From: Antedon mediterranea
Lineage: Eukaryota; Animalia; Echinodermata
Direction of reading: 5' to 3'
Assembly (NCBI RefSeq): GCF_964355755.1
Contig: NC_092680.1
Location: 5,208,001 to 5,272,000, forward strand
Length of the DNA stretch: 64,000 bases
Shown: positions 12,538 to 27,500 of the stretch, piece by piece
Layout: each line of letters starts with the position of its first letter
Numbering within the stretch: position 1 is the first letter of the stretch
The notes under the pieces: model-generated
Told to the model about the DNA's origin: nothing
The model's database searches: none
What the model saw: only the letters and a program-made list of their open reading frames with translations
Position numbers and translations under genes: made by a program

Positions 12538-15500
12538 CTGTAAAAGAGCACATTGTTGCTTTAAAATCTGTGTTGCATGTGAAAATACATTGCTTTGATC
12601 ATTTTAAAACTATATAAGTTAACTCTTAACCTGGTTAGATGTTTTGTTGTAATTGTTCTGTATACTTTTAGAACAAATTTGTAACTAACTCTAAGGCTTG
12701 AACTCACAACCTCCAGATCACTAGCCTGGCAAACATGAGCTTGCGCTGAAGGCTAGATTCAAGTATGATGATATGTAGTAGTCATCAATTAACCTTATAA
12801 AGATTACCCACTATTATGCGCTTGTATGACCCACTATACGAACCCCGGGAGGTGTGTCATGGATAATTATTGATGCAGTGGTGCGTCAAAAATCAATAAC
12901 AATGATGTGTCAATGTGCGTTGATTTTCCACCCACCATATCATGGTCACAATGTGTCATTGTTCTTCAAATAGGGTGTGTCATGGTCACCTAAAGGTAAG
13001 TAAATGTCGAACCTCTCCCGGGGTTGTATGATGGGTCATACAATTGTCAAGTGCATTAAACGGATATTCTTAATAAGATTAAAAAAATGATGTGAAAGTG
13101 CACAAGCCTAACCTGTCATCTTCTTTCTCTGACGATGTAAGTATATACTGGTAGATTGGTTGAGTGCCCAACATCGTCTTTGATGTTGAAGCTCGTTTTA
13201 ACTTCAACAAACCCTCGCAAAACTTTTGACCCATTTCTTCTAACATGGCTGTATTGATTTGGAGACCCTGAAAGATAAATATAAAACTAACATTAAACTT
13301 TAATTTATTTAACTTTTTTTTAAATTTGTTGATTAATCAGCACAATCTGTTTGTTAGAGAGTTCTTTTGTATATTTAAAAAAACTACAAATTTTCCAGCG
13401 GGGAGCTCGCCATTTACAGACTGTAATATATAAAAAACAAGACAAAAGAACATCAACAAGGTCCACAAGAACCAATTACAAACAATTCTTAATTTTGGAT
13501 TTAAATAAAGATAAACAATTAAAGAAAATATCAATAGTGGAGTCAATGGCAATACTGTATATGAAGTAAGTAATTTAAAGTATAATACTAGCTACAGACA
13601 TTTATTATTATTATACAGCTTTTCGTTTTCCATTTTACTTACCTTGTAGGGACCATTATCACATCCACAATATGTACTCTCCATTGTGTAACTTCTAAGC
13701 ACGCCAATCTCACGCCACACTACAACTCTTGCCGTCGATTCTTTACCCTTGTCTACGGTAAAGCTGCAATTACTCAAAGCAAATGATGGCGCTATTTGGC
13801 CCAGCAGCCGTGGTAGAGTCTACAATATAACATTTAATTATTAAACATCTCATGTAGTGACTTTTTTATGAATACACATTCCACATACACGCATCATTCC
13901 ACATAATAAAGAAATATATAACATTACTACTGAATAAAAACATAACACTAAAATGAATTTATTTTACAATCATTCATCATTAGGCTACCTGCAACATTTT
14001 ATATCTTTTTCTATCGTTTTTTTTTTTAGATATTAATCTTTAAATTTAATTTCTGTGTTTGGACTGCCATGCCCGCAGCTTATAGTAATTTTGTTTACTT
14101 TTGCAGTCCTTAGCCGAAGATATTTTGTTTTATTTTAAATTATATTTTTCGGTTGAATGAATGAACCAATTTCAAATGAAACACATCAACAATTTGTTTC
14201 CATGAAGTAAATAGTGGTACTATATTTATATAATACATGATGTTAAATCTAACTAAATTAAAAACAATATAAAACATTCTTTGAAATATATTGTTTACAT
14301 TTGTTTGTAGAACGTCAAGTTTAAAAACTAAGACCAGTGAATACACATATCAATAACAAATTAAAATATTTTTATCATAAAAATAACAAAAACAGATTAC
14401 CTTGTAACTAGTGTCTTCAATGTTATCTCCCATTTGATACATATTCAAATCTTCTGCTAGATATGACTGCGTTGTACTACACCCATACATAAACACATTC
14501 TTTTTCCGAGAGTGTCCATGAAAATCGCAAAATACCTAAAAGAAATAGGTATACATGAAATTTGAGTTGTTGACACCAAATCACAGAAAAAGAAACTATA
14601 GACAAACATAAATAAATTTAAATCACATTTTAAAAACGTAATATAAACAGATTCTAATTATAATAAATTTTGAGTTGAAAAGAAGGGCAGAATACCAGTG
14701 GTGTAACGTAGAGACATGAGGCCCTGGTTTAGGAACCCTAAGTGGATCTCCAATGCTGGAGGCCTAAGGCGTTTCTAGACCTTTTAAACATATTTTAATG
14801 CCTGTTTTTTCCTATGGGCACTGCTCAGAGGCCTCCGATAAGCTCCGGGGGGACTTGGGTTTGGCCAGTGAGTGCTCATAACCATTATGCCACTGCTGAG
14901 TACATACCAATGGTTGCTGTTGGATGTTTTTTAAGTACTGTAATAATCCCTTAGTGTGGTAGATAGTTGGATGGAATTCAGGGTTTGGACTGATCCAACG
15001 TCGATTCAAATCTTCACCAGTAAGAGAACATCGATGACTTGAAACAAAAAAAACAAAAAACGTTATTATTTGAAGTTTAAAATGGTTGGAACACCACCGT
15101 TTAACCTCGAGTTTTCCGCAGTGCAGTCTCAGCACCTATGCTTATACACTGTGGTGTTTTTTTTCGATGAATTCTTAGTGGTGACAACAATTGTTCTAAT
15201 TGTTTTCAATCATACAGTTATGTAGGCCAATCTTTTAAGAACATTTTACAGTAATTTTTTTTCACATTTTTTTTTTATTGACATGGTGTCCTGAAATCCC
15301 ATGAAAATGCTGTTATTTTTGTTGGTTACGCTCGGCTGGTCACGACTGTTTTTCATTTCTTAAGATGGTTCCCGTAGCACAAAAATCCCTCCTTTGGGAC
15401 ACCTCTATTCAGGAAACACTTCTATTAACACATATTCTGGAAACAACCTATTTAGAGGTATGTAGGTTCTAAAGTAAAGTATGATTTATAAAATATTAAA

Positions 15501-18500
15501 TATCCGATTTTGATTGATAGAGCTATACAATTGAAGAAGACTTACTTTCCATTGATGACTCCATCAGGATTTAACATTGGAACTATCTTAAATATAAATG
15601 TGTCCCTCAAAACTTGTGCAATTGGATGTGAACTAAGCAGAAACTTGAGGGAGCCCTTCATTACCCATGATGCATTGCTCTCTCCTGGATGAACGCGTGC
15701 TGATAGAAATATGTACGGTCTGTTTCCTGTGAATACGAAATTATTTTTAGAAAATGGCAAAATTAGAATAACATTGATGATACATAATAGTGTATGTAGT
15801 GTTATTGTTTTCATGAATGATAATCATAAACTGATCTATGATAAGAAAACTAATTATGTCTATCTATATTTAACTCCCAATTTAATAAGAAGATATTAAT
15901 TTTCATCATTAGATACTAAATTGTGGGTAGTACGGAGGCGGTATTATGGTAAACCAATTATTTCACAGAAGGTCATTGTTACTGTGTTATTTCATTTCGA
16001 AAATAAACTAAACTGGAATTATAAAAGGATTTACTGTGCATTGATCCTTGTTTAAGTGATAGAACACAATTGTTGTTATCTGTGCTACATTGTCTGTTTT
16101 ATAATAATAATATAGCACTACTATTCATTAACAAATCATTCATTTTCAAATCTTGTAATTTTGTTTCTTTTCAATTTCAATTTTTTCTATCGTTTTTGTC
16201 GTATTTATATGGTGTTGGTTTTTTTGTTGTAATATCACAAACTTGTGTAAAAACAATCAATATTGATTGAACGAGTTGTACTGCACATCAGTCTTGTGTC
16301 TAAATAAAGTTTATATATATTTGAAAATAACTAGGACATTAATACTTTTATATTCAAAGTGTCTGTGAAAGAAACATTAAGAAACAGTTATATTTACAGA
16401 TCACCAACCTATCTTAATATGCTATCTCCTGAACTGAGAAATGTGGTGTCTGTTCTAAAATTTAATTTAATACCGAAAAAAAAATCGCATAGTATAGTGT
16501 ATAGTATATTTTCATATATGTTTGTTTTATATGAGAGTCCCTTGATTGTCAGCATACGCTGTTTAGGATCACCTTCTATGTATAAGATTAAATAAAAAAC
16601 ATAAACAAGTTTCCTTATTATTAATATTAGTATTTTTTATATCTTTCATATGCAGCTAAAGGTCAAATTAATACATACACTTTTTAATACACAGATGTAA
16701 CAAAGTTAAATTTTCAAAAATTCTACACTATTAGTGTTTTATTGGTTTATAATTATAAATCACAAAATGTAAATGGCACAATTTGATTTAAATATCTTTG
16801 ATGTTTGTAAGGGTTGTCAAAAGTTGTTTTAAAACAGCACATTTCAAAGTCATTTGATGGTAAATAGCTGGTAAATAGTTGATAATCTATGCACAATGAA
16901 TAAAACATAAAACAAGTCTTTACAAAATACTTTTGTATTAATTCTAGAAAAATGTAATTGCGGTTGAGGTCTATATGTACTTTTAATGAGCGCATTATTT
17001 TAGTGTGATCTAGCTATTTAACAGACAATTACCAACGAGTCGTCATTTGCCTCATTTAACACTCATTTCAAAATGGTTGCTAAACCTCCAAAGAACTGCA
17101 CTATGTTAATGTACTCTTGCTGCGTTATTATAGTACTTTGTTAATTTTCAACTTCTGATTAGGTTCACAGTTGTGGTATGCAGAAACATGGTGAAATAAT
17201 ACTATTGAAAGGTTTGCATGGCGAATAAACACTGGTAAAGTCAGGTCTTGCAGTACACCATTATGTTTACAAAAAGGAAATACATTTGAGAATGGGGGAA
17301 GGGGGAAGTGGGTTAAAGATGCTCAAAGATGCTCAGCTACCAATCCTGGGTTCAAATCCTATCAGTGTCACGATTTGTTTTCATGGGAATCAAGTTGATT
17401 GATTGAATTGAAATATATATTTATACTGGGCGACCTCTTCAGTCAAAGAGTGGTCTCCCAGAAGGCCCAGTTATGATTAGTGGCTGTGATGTACTAGGTT
17501 CTTTAAAGTGCACACGAGCTAGATGTGTACACTGGACCTACAGTTTATAGTCCTTATGCGAGAAGACTCGTTCTACCACCAGAACCATGGAGTGAGTGAG
17601 CCTCGAACCCCTGCCAATGTTTTATAGCTACGTAATTACGGTTCCACTGTCAAAACCGCTCGGCAACTCACTCACTCATGAAGCGAATATGTACCACAAG
17701 CCTGACTTTACAGTAATTGATTGTTTTTCTTATACTTGCAAGTTACAAAACACTTTATATAAGAATGTTTGTATCACTTATATAATTATATTAACTTCTA
17801 CTAGGAAAGTTCCATGCCCGAGGCAAAAATCTGTATGTATCAACTCTCTCTATTATAGTATAGAAAAGTTCCATTCCTGAGGGAAGTTTAAATTTAGTTT
17901 AACCTTCCCAGTACAAACCCAGCCATTTTGATACTGCATGTGGATAAATGCCTGCATGAGCACAAATCTGTATGTACAAACACTCTCTATCATAGTATAG
18001 GAAAGTTCCATTCCTGAGGGAAGTTCAAATCTAGTTTAACATTTCCAGTACAAACTCAGTCATATTGATAATGCATGTGGAAAAATGCGAAAATTTTCTC
18101 TATTATAGTGTAGTAGATATTACAGTGATTTTATTTGTGTATGGTAAACAAAATTAAAACAAACAAAACTTACTGAATTGTTGAATACCATCAGAATCCA
18201 GTGTTAGAGGATTTGATGTTATTGTTAGCAATGTGCAGCTGTTTCCACCAAGAGTTTGACATAATGTTTGCCTTTTGTAATAGATGCTGTTTAATTCTTT
18301 CAAATTTGACTCTAGCTTCCACAAATGAGCCTGTAAACAAGAAGGAAATGAATATAGACCATGATTAGACTTGATTGATCGGTCCATGCTTATACTACAG
18401 TGGTATAAGAAGTACATTGAAAAATCTACCTGAAGCATGGTATATGAGGATAGTGGCAGGCTAAGTAGCATACAGTAGTATTGGGCAACATACCTGAAAC

Positions 18501-21500
18501 ATGGTATATGAGTAAGGATAGTGGTAGGCTAAGTAGCATACAGTAGTATTGGGCAACATACCTGAAGCATGGTATATGAGTAAGGATAGTGGTAGGCTAA
18601 GTAGCATACAGTACATTGGGCAACATACCTGAAGCATGGTATATGAGTAAGGATAGTGGTAGGCTAAGTAGCATACAGTACATTGGGCAACATACCTGAA
18701 GCATGGTATATGAGTAAGGATAGTGGTAGGCTAAGTAGCATAGTATTGGTCAACATACCTGAAGCATGGTATATGTGTAAGGATAGTGGTAGGCTAAGTA
18801 GCACATATCATCTTCATCTTGAAATGTAATACTAAAGCTCAATGTAAAGTAACTCTTTCCTTTCTGACCACCAGTGGCAGCTGAGCTTCTTGAGAAGTGG
18901 TTCCTATAGTAGCAGATCTTTGTTCCGGATCTCTTCCAGCTTGGTCTGCCTTGCATTGCTTCTTTTATAGAATACATTACTGGTTGCATTCCTTTGAAAA
19001 GACATTTATTATGTAGTAAATTAATACATTTTATTACCTTATTTTAATAATGTTATTGTCCATTGCTGGAGCATAAGTAAATGTTATTATTTTAAAATTC
19101 AGCAATAACAACATCTCAGGGTGGGAGAAAATAAGGAGCTTTTGATTTGCGGCGACCGACGACTAACCTAGGTCAGGTCAACTGAAGTGTCATCAGTCGT
19201 TGCCTAAACATAAAAACCATCAAATCTGTGTTGAGGTAAGGAGAGAGGACACCAGGCCAATATCTACACACACCACACATAATACAAACATGACATACGT
19301 TGGTCGTCAGTAGTCGTAAATCAAAAGTCCCTAATGAGAGTGGATAAAAGATCTTGTACATTTGAATAGGTGGAGGAAAAACATTTTATCCAGCACAATC
19401 ATAAACTGTAAAACTAAACACTTACCATAGTTAAATTGACTATTTGGCTTCTCACAGTTGATAACATTAAACCTGTATGGTACCCCTGGTGTCATGTTGG
19501 ACACTTCAAAATAAAACCATTGATGATGATGATTACAATTGACATCAGAATTCAAGATGAGGTCATACTCATGTTGGCGTACCTACAAAACATAAAATAT
19601 ATGATCAGATAGACAGAACAAAGAAAGCATCTATACATGCTATACACTAGAAACCATATTAAGAGGACACCTTGGGGACCAAACACAGTGTCCTTTTAAT
19701 AAGGGTGTCTTCTTAATAAGGATTGCCCTTAGTGTTAAACGTATATTGGGCCTCGTTCATTTCACGGTCAAATATCCTCTTAATATAATTGTCCCCTTAA
19801 TAGAGGTGTGCCTTAATAATATGTATTGTGCAGCCCTTTGGTATAACTATCGTACGAAGAATATTAGATCTCTTAATGTATGTTACAATAATGCTCTGCG
19901 CCGTATACTTAATGTCTCTAGAAGTAGTAGTGCCAGTGCAATGTTTATTGAACATGGTGTCCCTTCCTTTAATGAGTACATGCGAAAATCTACCTATGGT
20001 TTTATGCAACGTATGTTGAAGAATAGTGGTAACATCCTTGTTGCTTGTGTTTGCAAAAATATGCTCCATAACTCCAAAATGTATTGTAGATGGAGAAGCA
20101 TTCTATATACTTAAGTTTAGAGTTTACGATTTTTAATTTTTTTTTCTGTTTATACGTTTATTAATATGGATGATATTTCCGAAATAAAAAAGAAATTGAA
20201 TTGAATTGAATTGAATTGAATTGAAAAGTGTTCCCTTAGCAGTGTCCCAAAGGTTCTACTGTAACTAACCCAGTCTTTATTAAAACAAAGTTACCAAGGT
20301 GTCTGGAGAACAAACCTCAGCAAAACTTATGCATTATATGACATAAACACAAACTTTGCAAAAAAATATAAATATATATAATGAAACTTACCCAGATTGC
20401 TTTTCTTAAATTTCCACACTCAAACAATGAGTTGAATTTAAGTCCATTTGCAGTTCCATTTGATATTCTAGAATAAGGAAAATCTAGCATTGAATATTTT
20501 GAAAAATTCAGAGTAATTATATACAAAAGAACTACACTTACACAACTAAATGTTTAACACAAAACATGAGCTGTTATACACTAAATAAGTACTGATTGTA
20601 TGGTAAGGATGTATTCTGATATTTATTAAATATTTTGTAAGCTAAGCAACGATACTAAAAATATATTTTTACAAACATTTCTCATCTCACTTATCTTCAT
20701 TGTAATCCTTTTAATAATCTCATTAACAAATAAAATTTACCTTGCTTTAGGAGACATTGGGTTGCTGTTAAGTGTGGAGCCATCGCCATTCATAATGGCG
20801 TCAAGATCATACACCACACGGTCAATAATTCCTTCTGGATATATTAATCTATCAATATCCTCAAACACCAAGGACCTGTTGAAAATAAGAAATTCATCTT
20901 TTATATATTTTATCGAAGTAGAGGTACAGTGGGGAAGAACGGCAATGGTAAATGATTTTTCTCTAATACGCTGCTTTGCCATGGGTAGTGCTTGGTTTGA
21001 GGCTCAATGAAAATGTAATTAATCAGTTATCCTCTATCTGATCTACATAGGCTTCAAAATCTTTATATGTGGCTGCAAAATGTTTCCTATAGCTTCTCTA
21101 TATAAATCCAAAGGCATATTACTGAAAAAATGACAATGCTGTGGCGGGATCTCAATAGAGATACAAAAAAAAGCGAATTTAAGCTAAATCAAAACGATAA
21201 AGTAAAACAGCCAGAAAAGTTAGCAGAGCTTTTGGGCAACACTAGCCTTCATCAGTGCAAGTGAAGGAATTTGGATAACGTTAGCTTCTCTATATATAGG
21301 TCTAAGACATTTTGTGAAACATGGTAGCTTTCTTGAATTTTAAAATAGCAACCATAGAGGTAATCATTTTTACTAAAACATTTACTATTTTGGTAGTGGT
21401 ACATCTCATAAAAGTCCCCTAGCTGCAAATGTAAATCCTCTTTGGGAATTTGGAGGGCAATCCCAGGTACCATACAAAATAATTGCGTTTTGTGTTTTGT

Positions 21501-24500
21501 TTTTGTCTGTTTTTAAATTAATCAAATGAAAAAGGTAAAAATACTTACTTTTGTATATTGCTTTGTTTATCACTGTACTCTTCACTAAATGGTGGGCTGA
21601 TATGTCCATGTATATCTGGAAAACTTATTTTGCTTACAGGTAAAACCGATTTTGTCGACTCTTCAAGTTTAGCGTACATTTCTGGAGTAACATTCATGTT
21701 CGCATCGTCATCCGTGAAGTTCCAAATATTCTCCAAAGACTTATCTTGCTTATCAGGACTAGATAAAGTCATTCTGGATACGATCATTGACGAGGCAAAG
21801 TCTAACGATGCGTTAGGGCAGGAGTTGGATTTTACGCATGTTCGTTCAGGACTTGAATGCTTTACATGCGTCAACGACTTTGAAAGTTTCCGTATCTTTA
21901 CAGGCGATTTGCTTCCTTTTGTGGATTTTTTAACTTTGTGCTGTTTTCCTTTCAGAGTAGTTCTACTATTTGCAGAATCGGATACCGACGACGTTTTACT
22001 TCCGTTCGTTTCTACCGTATCTTCTTCGGATACCGAAGGATTTTGATCCAAATTGGGTACGTTTTTCCGATGTTCTTTTACATCGATTAGTTTATTTTTC
22101 CCGCCATTTTGCTGGCTTGTGTCAAATGAAGACTGCGGTTCTGCATTTTCTGTTATACCTGTTGGTATTACAATAGGTGTTGGTATTCTAGTAGATTTTT
22201 CATCCTGTTCAAGCTCACTTTTATCCACATTTTGTGCAATTATCTACATTCAGCAAAAGGAATAATAAAAGGGTCTCATATTTACATTGTATTAAATTCA
22301 TTTAAAGTTATTAGCACAAAAAGTTGGCATCATATACTGTATATGACCAAGGCAACCTAACAACAGGACATTGAGCTCGCCTTGCCAATCCTTTGATCTT
22401 ATGTCTGGCTGCGACAAATATCAACAGTACTGTACAATGTACATATTCTCTGTGGCGCACGGTGTCTGTAAAGGTTTGTGGAACTGATCGTGTGGCAGCC
22501 ACAGATAAACCCTTTGATCTCCGGAGCTCATCATCCTGTTGTTAGATTAATTTAATATGATAGAGTACAATTCCAAGCTCTATAAAAATCCTACACCTAA
22601 TTAAATCTAAAATCAGACACAATACTTTGCTAAATCACTTGTTAGTGTAATCATGGAGGAATTATTTAATTGGTGATAGAGGGTGTAATCCAAATATAAA
22701 ATCCAACTTCCTAAACTTGGTCATGTATGGTACAATACTGACATGAACTATATAAATGTTTCACTCTATCTTACTTTTTTTTACTGTTTTATTTTATTGT
22801 TTTGTCATTTTCCCGTAATTTAGTTTTGGCTTTGCCGCATTTGATGGATTTGTGCATAGAGTAATTATTAGTGTAGTTGTTAAAAAGTATACTCAGTGAT
22901 TATAAAATGGATTTGTAAATAAGTGATGATACTAGGCCTAAGGCACATAATAACTACCTCTTCAAAGTCAGTCATCTCAGGGAAAAACTTGTTGTAGACC
23001 TGAAGCTCTTGCAATGAACGTTTGCACATGTACAATGGACATTCACCTTCTATTTCCTATTAAAAAACAATATTCATTCTGTTAATTGACAAACTACTTT
23101 TTCTTTATAATTATAGATGGTACCTAGAATATTATCCTATTATTGTTATTTATGGGATAATGATAGAATCAGCATCTGTCAGGGTGTACTACAGTATATT
23201 ATGGCATATAATTATGTCATCTAGCACATAATATGTTGTGTTTAAATACGGTTAGCAGGAGTTATTTCACAGAAAGGATTATATTAGGTTATTTTTATTT
23301 CTTATTTTACACATAGATCAACAAAAAATACAATTTTAATTAAAAACCTATAAACATTTTAAACTTGGTATGCAGTACTGTATCATTATTAAAATATATA
23401 ACTATATTACTAACAATCAACAAAATTAAATCATTAGTAACACAATTCAAACACAGACAAAACATCTGAAATAAACACATCAAAATACAACTGCAAATAG
23501 ACAATGTATTAATATATGACATTTAAAGAAAAACCTAGGTATGCTCACTCACGAGTATAAAGCTCTGTCTACACTATCAAACTTTATGTGACAACAAAAT
23601 GTGATGTGCCCTAATATGGTAGTGATATTCCCAAATATGGTAGTGATATTCCCAAATATGGTAGTGATATGACAACATCATGTTTTATCATTATGGGCAC
23701 ATCACATTTTTTAAGCTACACCCTCCCCTCTGCTGTCCTTAAAAAAAAAAAATTTGTGGAAAAATACAACCAATCAAAGCATGCACTAGAATCCAACACA
23801 AATGTGAATGAGAAACAGAGAGAGGAATGTTTATTTTAAAGTCAACCACTGAAAAGAAAATGAATATTAAATGTTTTGCAACTTCTTTTTCATAATGTGA
23901 GTTTTTGAACAGAAATTATGTCAGCGTGAAGTAGGATTGGTAGACATGCTGGGTTTACACTGGTGGAGTGACCAAATCCAATGCAAACTAAATGCATTCT
24001 TTTTCTATTGCAATGTGCTAAAGCTCTGCCTACTATATCAAACTAGTTTGCCAAACAAAGATTGATGTGCCCAAGTATGGTACTGTTATGACCACATTTG
24101 GTAGTGATTTGACATCATCTTGTCCATATATGGGCACATCACATTTTTTTGGTCACATAAAGTTTTATATAGTGTATATAGAGTTTTAGGAAAAAAGTTT
24201 TTACACATACAATAATCAAACAAAAGGGAGAAAGGGCGTGGTTAGGAAAAGTTAATCTAGGAGTCTTGTTATGTCTTGGTAAATTGGCAATGAATCACCC
24301 CAATGACGCTAACACTTATAAAGAAAAACATTTCACCTCAAACATCTACAACTATTAAACAGACAAAACGACAGTGAAACATATGGGGCATACCAGTTGC
24401 AGACAATCTTTACAGAGACAGCGTTGGTCAGAAGTTGCTAGTTTCTCAACAAGTGCACCAGCAAGGTCAGCCTCACAGGTCAAACTAGCTCCCTGTAGTC

Positions 24501-27500
24501 AGTAGAAATTATCACATTTATTCTTGTTGCTAATGTTGTTTCTTTTGACATTTATAGTTACAATAATATTGACAAATGTAATACAAAGTACAGCCTGGGG
24601 TTAAAATGTGTTTTGGACAAGTCTTTTGAAGACTCTCCTGTTTCACCAGATTCCCATTGCTGTATCTCCACATATTATCTATTTCCGAAAGTATTATATG
24701 AATATTTGGTAATACAGCATCTCATTTATATCACATGTGGTGCCTGTATCATGTAATGTTAGGTTAAGGGTTAGGTTACTAGATACCTATGAAACACATG
24801 TGATGTTGTATTACCAAAATATTTCTATGATACTTCAGAAATATATACAGTACCAAGAATCAGTTTCTAGGTGACGATAATACCTTGGGTGTCTCATTTC
24901 GGAAGAGTTGACAATACAATATTATAATAATAATTGTTTCTCATATAAGTTCTGTATAACATTTGTTCATATACAAATATGAAAGGTTGGAAGTATAACA
25001 GAAAGTTAATTTAAGTATACGGCCCTATATGGCTCGAATACGGGCAGTGCACGTGTATATGACCTGTATATGACTCACACATATTCAATTCCTATGAGGA
25101 ATGTAGGGGAAAAAAGATTGTATTAATTGAAAAAATCAATTTGAAATAGCATTTTGCTGAATTATATTCTTAAAAAGGTTTTTTCAATTGTTTACATATA
25201 CATTACTATGCCATCAATTGATATCAAGAAGTTATTAAAACAAACAATTTAATGCATCTAATATCTGTTAAAAATTAATTATTTGTTGTTATTAAAACAA
25301 TGTTAAATTCAGTGGTCTCTCTAGGTCACAGATGCATGGCAGTTCCAAATCCATTCAAAATATTAATTTTAATCCTAAAAGACATATAGTGGATACTTTC
25401 TGGCAATTACATACATACATTATTAAGGTTCCATGGTAATAGGACTGTAGAGAGAACACTGACTTTCTTCAACATTTGCAATATTTGTGAGGGTGTTAAC
25501 AAATTCTAATTGTATTACTAATAATTTCTTACCTGAAACTCAAAACATTCCTAAAGTAAGGATAAGATAATTTTTTTTTAAATTGCAAAATAAGAAGAAA
25601 CTCAAAGAAAAAAAAACATTTCATCTGTATAAAATTTAGTTTACTATATTTCTTTACATTATTATTTACTACAAAAGTATACTTGATGTATAAAGTGTAT
25701 TTTTTAAAGTAGATGACATACCTGAGGTTCCTTTGCTATTTCATCCCCACTACTAAGATCATCATCTCCATCTTCGCTCTCATCGATTACGTCATCAGCT
25801 AAAAATAGAATTATTAGATATCCATTACAATTTATTCCACATTCAATGATTATTATACATTCATTAATTTCACTTATCAAGCTACTGTATTTTGTTAATT
25901 TGGTATTTAAATGATAGCGTTTTAAAATGTTGTTGTAATTGGAATTTATAATAATAATATAATAAAATCTTTATTTTAAAACGGAGGCTCGTTCACAACA
26001 AAATGTGTTCTTCCACAAGGCCATATGAAAGGAACAACTAAAGTATAACAACTATCATAATGATAAACATGAAAAAAAAAATTTTGAAAAAAAAAAAATT
26101 ATTTATGTTTATATTTTCCATTTCCATCCATATTTGAAAAATGAATTATTCACATAGAGAAAAAAAATTAATAATACCTGCTTGTACAAGATCAAGTTTA
26201 GGCATGGTGGGTGATTCTGGCAGTGAGAAGGGAACACAGCTTCTAATGGTTGGTACCGGAAGACGATTCCTTGGAAAGCACTTTCGCAGAATTACACTGA
26301 TTGAAGTGGTTAGACTTTCAAGGTCTTTTCCTGGTACATACACTAGTAAAGATATGTGAAAATAAATTAATTAAAAATACTCGTAAATGTTTATAAAAAA
26401 AGTGACTGACCAGTGCTACATGATACTGATACGTTTTGTAGTGCAAATTTTGCATCCAAAATGACACCTTAAGGCCAATTTACACAGGCGAGCGGTAACG
26501 GCAAATACAAATATAGAATCTATGTTATTCCTTATGACCATTTACACACAATGCAGAATGGACGGACAGTTTCCGCTCAGAATAGATACATATTGTACGT
26601 GGCACAAGCTACATGGTTTTCCGCTTACCATTACCACTCATCTGTGTAAATAGGCCTTTATAATAATATAATGAATATGAAATTGAAATGAAATCAAATT
26701 CATAACATACTTTCTGACATTTCCTTGGCAGCACTGTATAAAATCTTAATCCCATCTGCTTCAATGAACGCTTTACGACCAGTTTCTACAATAGAGTACA
26801 TTCCAATTAGAAAACTAATTTGGTATTAAGATATCTGTAATAATAGCCAATCAAAACACTATCAAATTTTGTTGGTTCCACGTTAAAATTTTGGCACCCT
26901 AAAAAGCCCATCCCACCTTTTTGGTTCTAAACTTCACTATATCAGGATTTTAGAATTCACAATGACAGAAATTCAATTAGATTCAGGACAGCTGAATCAC
27001 TCGTCACATTCAAACAACTCCTCAAATCCCACCTTTTTAATTTGTAGTCCCAACATTAATTAATTTTGTGCATTTTACATATTCTGTTTATTGTTCAACA
27101 CTTTAGAGGCACTGTGTATTTTGTGAAATATAAATTGAACATTATTATTATTTTGGAAATAAAAGAAATATGGTTTTGGAAAGGCTTCCCACCATATCAA
27201 GGCTGATATTTCTGAAAAGTTGATTTATTGTTTTCAATCTTTGGGTCATGAATACCCGCTCTACTCACTCAAGGCTGTGATATTTTTCAATGAGACTAGT
27301 AATCCTTTGCGTATAGTGATATGTCTGTTACGTGTATCTCCTTTATGCCACTCTGCATACGTTGATAGTAGTAAAGCCATTCCACCCTGACCAACGGCTC
27401 TAGCTGAATTACTCTCTAAAAAAATGTTGGGTGTATTTATTGCAATAAACATACATGTTGTTATTTAGTATTTGATTAATAAATAGCATATAACAAAAGG

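Noticed and set aside
18428-18803. CRISPR-like regular repeat array
   Set aside because: There are no unique spacers; the unit is a copy of a eukaryotic exon-intron junction and no cas genes are present.
21558-22265. Plus-strand ORFs of 162, 68 and 70 aa
   Set aside because: Antisense shadows of the large AGTPBP1 exon.
24755-24780. Telomere-like ttaggg words
   Set aside because: Only a few degenerate units; more likely part of a repeat remnant than an interstitial telomere.
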